A program made the translations under genes and the position numbers. A stretch of 64,000 bases of DNA from Octopus sinensis. Its lineage: Eukaryota. Of the stretch, positions 47,801 to 60,500 are shown piece after piece (the stretch's first letter is position 1; each line of letters begins with the position of its first letter). Below the pieces are notes generated by a model. That model saw only the letters and a program-made list of their open reading frames with translations. It was not told the DNA's origin and made no database searches. The DNA lies in contig NC_043000.1 in NCBI RefSeq assembly GCF_006345805.1, forward strand, positions 2,232,001-2,296,000. The letters are read 5' to 3'.

Positions 47801-48090
47801 AGAGTAATCTGAGAGACCAAGAAAATAACTTCTAGAATGGGTACAAATAAAACTCCTAACAATACTATAACCCAACCCCCAATTAAACATTAAGGTAGAA
47901 AATAACAAATAGATCATGTTTATGTAAACCAAACCTACAAATAAAACTCTGTACTTAGATGGAGATGAAGGTATGTAGCCTAGTAGTGAGAATATTGCAC
48001 TAACTGTCTCAAGATTGTGGTTTCAACTCCTGGATCAGGCCATGCATTGTGCTCTTGAACAAAACACTTCTTTTCATGTTGTTCCAGTCC

Positions 48091-48392
48091 AGGGTTAAGA
48101 CTCCCTTTAGTCATGAGTGTCCATGGGATTGTACCTAGGAAGTTCCCCTTTAAAACACAAGTCTGGGCAAGGTTTACAGAAGACTAGTAGTCACCCATGC
48201 ATAACAACCCCCCCTCTCCATGCTGCCAATGTTATCCAAGGGAAAGGCAAAGGGGCCGATACAGCTTGGCACCTGTGACGTCGCAACTCATTTCTACAGC
48301 TGAGCAAACTGGAGCTATGTGAAATAAAGTGTCTTGCTCAAGAACACAACGCACAGACTGTTACAGGAATCGGACACTCTAACCACTGAGTT
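48091..48392 (-). mobile_element. SINE family D inserted in an older D-like SINE (47966-48090, 48393-48450)
   Basis: Approximate TSD TTCCAGT(C/T)CA on both sides. Confidence 0.7.
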
Positions 48393-48669
48393 ATTATTCC
48401 AGTTCACTCAGCTGTAATTGAGTAAGCTTGTGGTGGACTGGTGCCCTTTCCAAGGTGAGTATTGACTTACACTCCATGGGAATTGGAATATCAGTCCCAT
48501 GAGTCGAAGGACTTGAGTCAGTAATTTTCAGTGGGGTATTAGGATGGAAACAGTAAATGTCACTTAGATATGAAATGTCAGCAATGAAATACATTCTTAG
48601 AAGAGCATTTAGATGCTCTTCCACAGATGAAAACAAAACAAAACTACAGAATAAGAAAATGCTAAGCAA

Positions 48670-48843
48670 GAGTAGGAGTGGCTGTGTGGTAAGTAGCTTG
48701 CTTACCAACCACATGGTTCCGGGTTCAGTCCCACTGCGTGGCATCTTGGGCAAGTGTCTTCTGCTATAGCCCCGCGCCGACCAATGCCTTGTGAGTGGAT
48801 TTGGTAGACGGAAACTGAAAGAAGCCTGTCGTATATATGTATG

Positions 48844-48907
<64 letters not shown>

Positions 48908-49150
48908 CGTGTGTGTGTATGTTTGTGTGTCTGTGTTTGTCCCCCCCACCCCCAACATCGCTTGACAACCGATGGTGGTGTGTTTACGCCACCGTAACCT
49001 AGCGGTTCAGCAAAAGAGACCGATAGAATAAGTACTGGGCTTACAAAAAGAATAAGTCCCGGGGTCAATTTGCTCGACTAAAGGCGGTGCTCCAGCATGG
49101 CCGCAGTCAAATGACTGAAACAAGTAAAAGAGAAAAAAGAGTAAAGAGTA
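48670..49150 (+). mobile_element. SINE family A
   Basis: Full-length homology. Confidence 0.9.
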
Positions 49151-49327
49151 ACAAACTTGTGAACCAAACCATACTACAACATAGATAGAACAATAACACA
49201 ATAAGTATATAAAACGTAACAACTATTAGTAATAAACAGACAACAATTGTATAGCAACTTATAATTATTGTGTAGGTGCATATGGAAAGATTTTGTATGC
49301 ATTGAGAATTCACACTATTTTACTGGA

Positions 49328-49363
<36 letters not shown>

Positions 49364-49407
49364 AGGCCAACATGAAAATCAGATGTTAAAAGATAAAATT
49401 GATGATA

Positions 49408-49527
49408 TCGTCATCATCATCATCATCGTTTAATGTCTGCTTTCCATGCTAGCATGGGTTGGACGATTTTGACTGAGGGCTGGTGAACCAGATGGCTGCA
49501 CCAGGCTCCAATCTTGATCTGGCAGAG
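49408..49527 (-). mobile_element. Family E terminal fragment
   Basis: (CAT)n-CGTTTAATGTCTGCTTTCCATGCTAGCATGG. Confidence 0.7.
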
Positions 49528-49569
49528 TTATATATATATAGATGTATATATAGATATAGATAGATAGAG

Positions 49570-50170
49570 GCATAGCTGTGTGTTTAAGGAGTTTGCTTCC
49601 TGACCTTGTGGTTTTGGGTTCAGTCCTCCAGTGCAGCATATTGACCAAGTGTCTTCTACCATAGGCCCTGACTGATCAAGCCTTGTGGATGGATTTGGTA
49701 GATGGAAACTGAAAGAAGACCATTGTGTAGGCATGTGTGTGTGAGTGTTGATGTTTGTTTTTATGTTCAGTTAAAATAAAAACAATTTTACTGATGGGTT
49801 GCTTTATACTTTTACTGAATACAAATTTATTATTCTTAAACAAGAACGTTTTGACCAGTTTTGACCAGTTATGCCATCGTTGGCAGTCCAACAATGGCAT
49901 AACTGGCTGAAACTTTGAAGTCACTGTCAACAATATTCTTATTTAAAAATAATAATAATATGTGTGTGTTTGTGTGTGTGTGTCCCCCATCATCAGTTGA
50001 CAACCAGTGTTGTTTTGTTTACATCCCTGTAACTTACCTGTTCAGCAAAAGAGACTAATAGTATATGTACCCGGCTTAAGAAATAAGTCCTGAGGTTGAT
50101 TTGTTCAGTTAAACACTTCTAAGCAGTGCCCCAACATGGCTGCAGTCCAATGACTGAAACAAGTAAAAGA
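49570..50170 (+). mobile_element. Old SINE family A with a family J insert (49745-49965) in the internal microsatellite
   Basis: Head and tail halves collinear around the insert. Confidence 0.7.
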
Positions 50171-50810
50171 AATATATACATACATGCCTAGATACATACA
50201 TATATATATGTGTAACTAAGGGTGCCAGAGCACCTACATTGCTAGAAATAAGAGTTGAAAACTCTTAATAATGTAAGAAGAGTGCAATATATATACACTG
50301 GCAAGGGAGTTAACCACCCCATGACTGTCTCGAATCACTAGACTAGGCCTATTCTGACCTATTCTGTAGGCATCGTCAGTAGTGACTATTCAAATGGTCA
50401 ATAGTTTGGCTAACTCTGCCAGTATATATTTTTACTGTAAAAGTTTATGACTAAGGGTGCTGAAGCACCCTTAGCCACACTTAGTGATGATTAAATTTTC
50501 CTTTATGGTATTACATTGCACCTAACTATTTACATTAATTTTACATGCATATGTCAGATGCTTGGCTCTGTGGTTAAGACCATATGGTTTTTAGTTTACT
50601 CCTACTGCACAGCAGTTTGGGCAAATGTCTTCTACTATAGGCTTGGACTAACTAAAGATCTGTGAGTGGATCTGATTGTCAGAAACCGAAAGGAGCCCAT
50701 TATATATATACATATATGTATGTATATATATATATATATATATTGATAAAAATGGTAAGATAACAAAAGAAAGAGAGAGACCTCAATATTATGTAAATAG
50801 AGGAATTTAT

Positions 50811-51067
50811 CTGTAAAATAATATGTGACAATTATTCAATAGCCAAGATAAAACTCTGAGTTTCGGATGCCGAGGTGGAAATCCACAGCACCATCTCTTC
50901 TAAGCAGTGCCCCAACATGGCTGCAGTCCAATGACTGAAACACAACACCATCTCTTCGGTTATCTGGCCAGATAACCGAAGAGATGGTGTTGTGGATTTC
51001 CACCTCGGCATCCGAAACTCGGAGTTTTAACTTGGCTATTGAATAATTGTCACATATTATTTTACAG
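50811..51067. repeat. Loop-less palindrome (~100-bp arms) with a 40-bp insert in the left arm
   Basis: Centre TCTGG|CCAGA at 50967/50968; arms match apart from the insert and about 3 substitutions. Confidence 0.92.
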
Positions 51068-51149
51068 CTATATATATATATACATATATACATATATATA
51101 AGCATGTTTGTATCTAACCTGGCCTTGACTTCGTGTGTTAGTTGTAAAC

Positions 51150-51365
51150 AAATGTCACCATCATACCAGCAGTGTCATTTATTTGCAATTCTTTTGTGAA
51201 AACACGTCTGTTCATTGTGCTTGGTAAGTCTGGAGGACTATGGGAAATATCAGTTTGTTTGGCAACAGGAAGAACATCTAGTGAGAATATCTGCAACAAG
51301 AAGTTTTCTATGAAAGCATAGAAAAGTGGATATTGAAACAATGATGACAATGGTGATGATGATTT
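51150..51365 (+). mobile_element. Old SINE family F, 3' half
   Basis: TCATACCAGCAGTGTCATTT...GGCAACAGGAAGAACATC...(GAT)n. Confidence 0.5.
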
Positions 51366-51839
51366 TGATGATATGTATATTTATCTGTTTTAGTAGAGAC
51401 TATGAATGTGTATGTTTGTATGTATTGAATGTGATATATGTAGTATTATATTATATTCTCTTGTGAAATTCATTGAGTTCTCTCATGTATATACCCATTT
51501 TCAATATATACACACACATTAATTGTAAGTTAGCATAATATTAATCATTCATTTATTCATAGCACCATTCTAAGATTATATAGGATTTTGTTTCTCTTGG
51601 CAACACTTTTCCATAATGTCAACAATATCAGAATTTATGCCTTTAAAACATATTGTGATTCTCATTGTATCAACTATTCTTCGAGTTGGAAAATATTTTA
51701 GAAATTCTAAATTGTGAATGATTTTGTTGTCCAGCTTCAGTTATCGATTTTTCCCTGCTAAAGAATCCATAAGGATAAAATTAAATTGGTTCGGAATATT
51801 TATATTTCTTGTTATAATGAATTAATACCATTATCATCA

Positions 51840-52070
51840 TTGTTGTTATTATTTTAATATCTTGTATGAGCCAGAGGAAATTCCTCGAAACAGATTTTCT
51901 TTGGTTAGATGCTCTTCCTGTCACCAACCTGTACATGTTTCCAAGCAAGGTAATATTTCTCCTAGTTCTTTGAACACAGCACAATGGCCAGACATGCTTC
52001 CATGAAAGATTACAAATGACATTGCTTGTAAGAAGGTGATGCTTGCATGCTGCTAACATGTTACGCCAAG
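51840..52070 (-). mobile_element. Old SINE family F, 3' half
   Basis: GATGCTCTTCCTGTCACCAACC...TTCCAAGCAAGGTAATATTTC. Confidence 0.5.
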
Positions 52071-52242
52071 ACAAAGAAACACACACACACATAAATGCAT
52101 GTACACACATACACATACAACAGCTGGAGACATAGCTGTGTTGCTGTGAAGCTTGCTTCTTGACCATGTGGTTTCGGGTTTAGTCCCACTGCATGACATC
52201 TTGGCTAAGAATCTTAATCTCAGGCTAACCAATGACTTCTGG

Positions 52243-52342
52243 NNNNNNNNNNNNNNNNNNNNNNNNNNNNNNNNNNNNNNNNNNNNNNNNNNNNNNNNNN
52301 NNNNNNNNNNNNNNNNNNNNNNNNNNNNNNNNNNNNNNNNNN
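52243..52342. other. Assembly gap (100 N)
   Basis: Run of exactly 100 N; the true size is unknown. Confidence 0.99.
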
Positions 52343-52359
52343 GTCTTGAATGCATGTGT

Positions 52360-52552
52360 GAGGATGTTTAGTGTGTGTGTGTGTGTGTGTATGTATGTGT
52401 GTGTGTGTGTGTGTGTGCATAATTTGTGGGAATACATGTGTGAGGGAGAGAAAGAGAGAGTGTGTGTATGCATGTCTTTGAATGGATGTATGAGGGAGTG
52501 TTTGTGTGCATGTGAGTGCAAACATGTCTGTGGACATGTATGCATAAGAGAG

Positions 52553-52591
<39 letters not shown>

Positions 52592-52780
52592 TATGCATGT
52601 CTGTGTTAATGCATGTATGAAAGAGCATGTGTGCATATGTATGTCTTTGTGTGAATGCATGTATGTCTATGAATGTATATGAAAATATGTGTGTATGTAT
52701 GCATGTATGTATGTATATAGATGTATGCATGTGTGTCAGAGGGAGAAAGCGAGATGTTGTATGTATGTATGTGTGGTATC
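52360..52780. repeat. TG/GA/ATGT low-complexity tract
   Basis: Direct reading. Confidence 0.85.
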
Positions 52781-53371
52781 TTCGTGTATATTAATGGCCT
52801 GAAGCAATGATTTTTCTGCCAATTGGGAAAGGAGACGTGATGCAGTTCTGCCGTGTGGTTCATGATGATGGAGCTGGTGCCGACAGTGCCAGGGAAAACA
52901 ACAACAGAGGTGATTGTAAATTGTACACAAACATTGTTGTATGGTTGCAGAGAGAGAGAGAGAGACAGAGACAGACTTTGTGTGAGTATAGAAGACCTTC
53001 AGATGAGAGTGTTTTCAGAAATGGACAGAAAAGAAAGCAATTGAAGACACTCTAAGACTCTCCAAGGCTCTCCACAAACATTTACCTTCCAGGCATAATA
53101 GAGTCGTCGTTCCCCCCCCCCACCGCACCCCTTCTTCACTCAATCACCTTTTCTTTCAATGCATTATTTGATTTTAAATGTGTGTATATGTTTGCAAGCG
53201 TGAAAGTGTATATATTATGTTATGGATGGATATTTGTAAATATGCATGGGTGGTGTTTATGTTGACACTTTTAGTTGTTTCCCTCTTTTAATTTTAACAA
53301 CTTGTGTGTTATTGCCTGCTTTTGTCAATTTAAATACTGGTTTGTATTGCTATTTTATTGTTAGGTTTCAC

Positions 53372-53399
53372 ATTACTATCATCATTATTATCATTATCA

Positions 53400-53431
<32 letters not shown>

Positions 53432-53449
53432 GTTCTTGTTGTTGTTGTT

Positions 53450-53481
<32 letters not shown>

Positions 53482-53542
53482 ATTATTATTATTATTATTA
53501 TTGTTCTTGTTGTTGTTGTTGTTAGTATCATCATCATCATCA

Positions 53543-53580
<38 letters not shown>

Positions 53581-53630
53581 GTTGTTGTTGTTCTTGTTGT
53601 TCTTGTTGTTGTTATCATCATCATCATCAC
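53372..53630. repeat. Compound (ATT)/(GTT)/(CAT) trinucleotide repeat
   Basis: Direct reading. Confidence 0.95.
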
Positions 53631-54039
53631 TGCGATGGACTTCCACAAAGATGCATGCTAGTTGATTCCAGGCAGACACATGTTGGTCTTCCTGCAACAC
53701 TCTGCCTGATTGTTTGAGAGGGTAATAGTGGACCTTTCAACTAATATATTAGTGCATAATTGAATTGCCGGTGCTCCCTGGTCTGTAGTTCCTGTATAAT
53801 GCCAATGTGAAAAATCAGCATTATTTTTGGTTAAAGCTTTTTGGTTATCATATTTCTGCTGAAATGCATTTCCTTTGTTTCAGTTAATTTTGAAAATAAT
53901 GAATTTTAGTTAAATATCTGTCAAGATTAAACTGGTGATAGGAACATAAATTAACCTGAAATTTTGAAGGAAGCTTTTAGTTTAGATTACATTGAAACAG
54001 GTAGTTTATATGAAAGAACCAGAGGTAGTCACAGGCAGG

Positions 54040-54422
54040 TTGATATATATATATGTATATATATATGTGTGTGTGTGTGGGGGTATATATATGTATATGT
54101 ATGTATATGTATGTGTGTGTATATATGTATATGTGTGTATATATATATATGTGTGTGTATTTTTTGTGTATATGTGTGTGTATATATGTGTTGTATATAT
54201 ATGTGTGGGGGGGGGTATATATGTATATGTGTGTATATGTATGTGTTGTGTATATATGTATATGTGTGTATATATATATGTGTGTGTGTATTTTTTGTGT
54301 ATATGTGTGTGTATATGTGTATATATGTGTGTATATATATGTGTGTGTTGTGTGTGTGTGTGTGTAAGGGAAAAGTAATACAGAGAAAAACAAGCGCCAA
54401 CAATCCACATGTAGTTACATGT

Positions 54423-54476
<54 letters not shown>

Positions 54477-54500
54477 GTATATATGTATATATGTATATAG
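54040..54500. repeat. TA/TG microsatellite tract
   Basis: Direct reading. Confidence 0.9.
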
Positions 54501-54934
54501 ATGTGTAAGGATAAATACGAATCTCCTAGATTCTATTCTGCTCTTTCCTTTCTCAAGACCTTTGTAAAAATTTTGTTTATTCTTCTTGCACTGAAGAGTA
54601 CATTGACATATAATTAATTTAATTAATTCAATTCAGCCATGAATTTGCATGATTTTTATATCTCCGTATGAAACAATTGTCTGCATGAATTAGAATTCTC
54701 TTATATATTTTAGCATCTTCTCTTCTCCATTTTTAACAGAATTGTTGAGTTTTATGGGTTTCTTTCCATAAATTCACAACATGACATAGACAAGTATTAC
54801 TTCCATATCTTCGCAAATTTACGCCTGGAAACTACCAGCAAAATATGAAGATTCAATCTTAGAAATCTTTTTTGGAAGCCTCCAAATTAAAGGATGAATC
54901 TAATTCAACGTTTTTACACCTATATGTATATACA

Positions 54935-55100
54935 TATATCTTATATAAGATCCGTTCTGTCTGTCTGTGTGTGTGTCTCCTCAGATCTCGGGCATCCTCC
55001 ATCCAATTGTGCTCAAATTTGATATGTAGATACCAACGGTATCAGGGCGTGTATAAGTCTTGAAAAAATTACATAAATGGATTCCAGGTGAGAATGCGAT
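54935..55100 (+). mobile_element. Possible Helitron-like 5' fragment
   Basis: TCTTATATAAGATCCGTTCTGTCTGTCTGTGTGTG start like the other Helitrons; no CTAG end found. Confidence 0.35.
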
Positions 55101-55483
55101 TGATAAAGCCGTTTTAGTTCTGCTTTTCTTCCGTCAACCTGTATATAACTGCACCTTCCAGTTTTTGTTGTTTTTGGCACGTTTCTTTCCTGCCAAGCTT
55201 ACTGTTTAAACCATGTTTGTGTTCTCCCAGTCAACAGCCTTATCATTATTGGTACTTTAAACTCTTCGGTTGCATATTTGTGTGAATAAAATCGTTTTTC
55301 TTTGGAATAGAAAAACAGTCTATCTTTATTTCTTCTTTTGCTGGTGTCTCAAATTTAGGTTAAATCAATGTTTCTCAAAGGGGAGGCCTATCGTAGTGTT
55401 GGACAAGTTGTTTTGAGAAAATTTGGTTTAAATGTTTGACAACTCAGCACCGTCCATTGGATGGGGGGTGTTTTGCTCACATA

Positions 55484-55525
<42 letters not shown>

Positions 55526-56096
55526 ATATGGAAAAAAAGTCGAGGTAGAAAATGCTAAAATAATTTTATAAAAAAATATTGTAGTACCTGTTTCAGTCAT
55601 CGAGACTTTATATATATATATATGTGTGTGTATATATATATATGCACATTGCTGTCTCTTCTCAGTCTCTCACTTACACATCAATAATAATTATGAATAT
55701 GAAAGAAACATTAACACATGTGTGTGTGTGTGTGTGTATCCAAATTGAGGGAATGGAGCATGTAAAATCTAGGTTATGTATTTTTACTAGCCAACAGATC
55801 CTCAGTAACAATAATTACTCAATGAAGGGTACTCCACTAGCTACTCATCAGACCAGTGATACCTTAGTTAAATGAAAGTTACATTGTTGTAAAGGAATCT
55901 CAAGTTAACATGCCAGAGATATAATTTAAAAGTCGGAAGTACAAGCTAGTGGAGTACTCCTGATTGAGTGATTATCACTTCCAAGAATCTGCTAGCTAGA
56001 AAACATATGTAGCCTGGATTTTACCTACTCCATTCCCACAATTTGGATTTTTATTTGCATTCTTAGCAACCCTAGTTTCTAATTGTGAACTATTAA

Positions 56097-56316
56097 CCCT
56101 TTCGTTACCAACCCGGCTGAAACCGGCTCTGGCTCTGAGTACAAATGTTTTATTTTCATAAGTTTGGAATTAAAATCTTCCACCAAACCTTAGTCACAAT
56201 TTATGTTCCTAACACTAGCTGAATGATAACTAAGTTATTTTACTAAATTCTTTGTTATATTTAAAGTAATTGAAAGAAACACAGAACATCTCAAAATAAA
56301 TACAGTAACGAAAGGG
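56097..56316. mobile_element. piggyBac-type MITE, second family
   Basis: TTAA-CCCTTTCGTTAC...GTAACGAAAGGG-TTAA; perfect 12-bp TIR. Confidence 0.88.
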
Positions 56317-56568
56317 TTAAAGCAGCCTATCAAACTTCGATGTGGGAAAAGCCCACAACTTTCTACCCAAATAAGCTATTATTGCTCCTGAACGTTCTTT
56401 ATTTATACCTAACATGATTTATAAAAGTTTACTAACTTTCTACACCTGAATCCTTGGATCTTACGATTACATAGAATGGGGCTCACCTCTTTGAGCCAGG
56501 AAATGAATGGAATGTCTGGTGTATGTCTTCTTGTGGCTGCCCCCACCTAAAAAATGGAAAATAGGCAG

Positions 56569-56608
<40 letters not shown>

Positions 56609-56914
56609 AATTCAAGGCTACGTTAAACCTTGTTCAACAATGCTTACCTCCCCTACATACAAATGCAGTCTTGGCTAATCAAAGTTGTATTTATAACTCT
56701 AAATATGTTAGCATTTACTGCATTATTTACAGTAGCGGCAAGTTTGTGGTGTCATGACTTGTAAATGAATTGGATTTAAGAGAGCGAGAGTTGTGTGACA
56801 TCATTCTGAATCCCTCAGCCAGATCTACCTTGATCCAGATGGTGAGTTGAGATTAACACTTCACCTGTCCTGTGTAGCACATATGATTCTACATGGGGCA
56901 TATTTCCTGGTGTG

Positions 56915-57297
56915 GAGGCGCAATGGCCCAGTGGTTAGGGCAGCGGACTCGTGGTCGTAGGATCGCGGTTTCGATTCCCAGACCGGGCGTTGTGAGTGTT
57001 TATTGAGCGAAAACACCTAAAGCTCCACGAGGCTCCGGCAGGGGATGGTGGTGATCCCTGTTGTACTCTTTCACCACAACTTTCTCTCACTCTTACTTCC
57101 TGTTTCTGTTGTACCTGTATTTCAAGGGGCCGGCCTTGTCACTCTCTGTGTCACGCTGAATATCCCCGAGAACTACGTTAAGGGTACACGTGTCTGTGGA
57201 GTGCTCAGCCACTTACACGTTAATTTCACGAGCAGGCTCTTCCATTGATTCGGATCAACCGGAACCCTCGTCGTCGTAACCGACGAAGTGCTTCCAT
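56915..57297 (+). mobile_element. tRNA-derived SINE family C, full length
   Basis: Box A TGGCCCAGTGG, box B GTTTCGATTCC; 12-bp TSD TTTCCTGGTGTG at 56903-56914 and 57298-57309. Confidence 0.9.
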
Positions 57298-57563
57298 TTT
57301 CCTGGTGTGTGTGTGTGTATCATATATGATAGACATACCCAATTTTTTTCAACTAACTAAGTAACTTTGGACTTAGGAAAGCTTTATATTACTCAGGACA
57401 TATGAAGCAAAGGCTAAACTAAAAGTCTGAAAACGAGCATGGATGTTTAGGACATTATGAAAATGCTTTAACCTTTTAATATTCAAATTACTCTGTCAAA
57501 TCTAATGCTTAATTATTTACATTGCTTTTAGTTAATCAGACATTATCTTGTAGCTGTGATATG

Positions 57564-57911
57564 GTGAAGTCACATATCTCAGTGGTTAGAGTGTTGGGCT
57601 CACAATCATGAGGCAGTGAGTTTGGTTCCTAGTTCTGGCTGTGTGTTGTGTTCTTGAGCAAGACACTTTATTTCACATTGCTCCAGTTCACTCAGCTGTA
57701 GAAATGAGTTGCGACGTCACAGGTGCCAAGCTGTATCTGCTGTTGCCTTTCTCTTGGATAACACTGGGGGCGTGGAGAGGAGAGGCCGGTATGCATCGGC
57801 GACTGCTGGTCTTCCATAGACAACCTTGCCCGGACTTGAACCTCGGAGAGTAAATTTCTAGTAGCAGTCCCATGGTCATTCATGACCGAAGGGGATCTTT
57901 ACTCTTTACCC
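57564..57911 (+). mobile_element. SINE family D
   Basis: Homology to 3759-4093 including the CATGACCGAAGGGG tail. Confidence 0.85.
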
Positions 57912-58038
57912 TGACATTTCAATGATGTAATTCTATATTTTACAATGACATTCTTAGGTAGGTGCTAGAGGCCAGATCTGGCCTGTTTAAACATAAAACA
58001 GGTAGAAAATTTGGGGCCAGTTATGGCTGGTTTAAATG

Positions 58039-58270
58039 TATTTCTATATTACCCACAAGGGGCTAAACACAGAGGGGACAAACAAGGACAGACAAACTGA
58101 TTAAGTCGATTACATCGACCCCAGTGCATAACTGGTACTTAATTTATCGACCCCGAAAGGATGAAAGGCAAAGTCGACCTCGGCGGAATTTGAACCCAGA
58201 ACGTAACGGCAGACGAAATACGGCTACGCATTTAGCCCGGCGTGCTAACGTTTCTGCCAGTTCGCCGCCT
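58039..58270 (-). mobile_element. SINE family B, young, 12-bp TSD
   Basis: CTGGTTTAAATG at 58027-58038 and 58269-58280. Confidence 0.9.
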
Positions 58271-58880
58271 GGTTTAAATGGTAAAGGGTTAAGGATTAAG
58301 GCAGCTAGGGGTAGATCTGGATGCAGTGTGTGACCATAGAGTTTCATTATATTCTTAGCATTCCACAATGTTTGTTGGGATAACCCTTTTGACTGATGAG
58401 TCTATTGCTGGTCTTGCCAACTAACATCTCTAGTTAGTTTTAATATGTACAGTAGAAATGCTTTGACACAAGGAAGGTTTGAAACTCAGAGGCTACCCTC
58501 ACCTTGTTTAGTTCATCTGTGAGGCGGCTGGTGTGATTTGTTATAGTTGGTAGTATGTTGTTAGTTACAGCTGCTAGAATTACTTATATTAAGGTTAGGT
58601 ATTAGTTAACTATTTCGATGACTATAACTTAGAATTAACAAATGTATAACGAAAGAAGTAAGAGTGCAAGAAAACCAGTTATGGTCTGTAGATATAAAAT
58701 AAAGAAAGTAGTAATTATCATCAGTTGTCCCTTAATGAATTGTTGAATATCCTCTTTTGTTTATATGAAAAACATATAGTGCACACACACACACACACAC
58801 ACATACACATCTTTATGTATGTGTGTGTCTAATCCTTTCTTGTTTATGTTAAAAGCACATAATGCATATACATGTGTGTG

Positions 58881-58917
<37 letters not shown>

Positions 58918-59371
58918 CATTATATTTATTTATCTATGTATGTGTACATGTATATGTATTTAAACATATGCACAACTATACAATATATACTGTATATATA
59001 TATATATATGTATATATATGTATATATATATATATATGTTTCATTTGTACATCTTTCCATTTAGAAGAATAAACTTGCTTTTCTGGTTTTACTTCAATAT
59101 GAATCAGATTGGAAATAAAAAGCAAGAATGAGTCTATATAGGCTTTCATGAGATGAAAACTATAAAGGTGTATCATGAGAGGGAGGTGTTGATCCCAAGG
59201 TCAGCCTCAATTGAGTAGACCTTTGAACAAAGGTATTCTAACTACGACTTTCCTTCCTCTTTTTGTGTAGCAGGATGCATTTGGTCCAATGTGTCCTTTG
59301 TATAAGATGGTAGCATGTTATTTGAGGAAGATATAGCTGCTATGTTTAACAAGCTGAGTTAGTGCCATAAT

Positions 59372-59870
59372 CTACTCTCTTTACTTGTTTCAGTCATTTG
59401 ACTGTGACCATGCTGGAGCACCGCCTTTAGTCGAGCGAATCGACTCCAGGACTTATTCTTTGTAAGCCTAGTACTTATTCTATCATACTCTTTTGCTGAT
59501 TGCTAAGTTACGGGGACGTAAACACACTAGCATCGGTTGTCAAGAGATGTTGGGGGACAAACACAGACACACAAACACACATTAATTTTTTAATTAAAAA
59601 AAATTTTTTTTAGTTTCAGCTCACAGCTGCAGCCATGCTGATGCACCGTATATATGTATATATACATATATATGATGCACCATATATATGTATATTTACA
59701 TATATACGACGGGCTTCTTTTAGTTTCCGTCTATCAAACCCACTTACAAGGCTTTGGTTGGCCTGAGGCTATAGAAGAAGACACTTGCCCAAGGTACCAC
59801 ACAGTGGGACTGAACCCAGAATCATGTGGTTGGTAAGCAAGCTACTTACCACACAGCCATTCCTGCACCT
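59372..59870 (-). mobile_element. SINE family A with extra sequence in the internal microsatellite
   Basis: Full-length homology; insert at about 59580-59690. Confidence 0.85.
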
Positions 59871-60215
59871 AATCTAGTTGACATTATTTAATTTTTTAAA
59901 TATCCTTTTATTTTTGGATGGAATATTGTGTTTTTTTCCCCCTTTTATGCAAACTGATGAATTTAGCCTGAACACGCTGTGTTTTTTCCCACCCTTTTTC
60001 AAGACTTGTAATCTGAAGAGAAATTTGGTTGCTATTGTTAGCATGTAGGGTAACCACATAAAGCACTGGTTTTTAACTATTTTCTACTTATGGATCCCTT
60101 TCATTCCTATTTTACTTGATGTTTAAAAAAATCCCGTTATATTTTTATAATTAAATATTATTAGGAATTGTATAAAAAAGAAATTGTTAAAATATTTTGT
60201 GTATTGTAGAAGTGT

Positions 60216-60462
60216 GGAGGCGCGTGGCTTAGTGGTTAGGGTGTCAGCACCATGATCGTAAGATTGTGGTTTCAATTCCTGGACCAGGCAACACGTTGTG
60301 TTCTTGAGCAAAACAATTCATTTCACATTGCTCCAGTTCACTCAGATGGCAAAAATGAGTAACACTGCGATGGACTTGTGTCCTGTCCAGCTGGGGAACA
60401 CACATGCCATAGAAACTGGAAAACTGGGCCCATGAGCCTGGCTAGGCTTTAAAAAGGGCACA
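60216..60462 (+). mobile_element. SINE with a D-type head and an alternative tail
   Basis: GGAGGCGCGTGGCTTAGTGGTTAGG...GCTCCAGTTCACTCAG, then ACTGCGATGGAC... tail. Confidence 0.75.
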
Positions 60463-60500
60463 TTTTTTAATTTTTTATGGTAGAAGTAGTATTACCAGTT

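Larger units (their letters stand above)
57472..58288. mobile_element. piggyBac-type MITE with two SINE insertions
   Basis: TTAA-CCTTTT...TAAAGGG-TTAA; body matches the 11208 family. Confidence 0.72.

Noticed and set aside
52053-52660. ORFs containing X runs
   Set aside because: They cross the 100-N gap; contiguity across it is unknown.
56915-56990. tRNA gene (also the heads of D, A and the 33016 element)
   Set aside because: These are pol III boxes followed by SINE body and TSDs; I could not form a complete cloverleaf, so they are called SINE heads.
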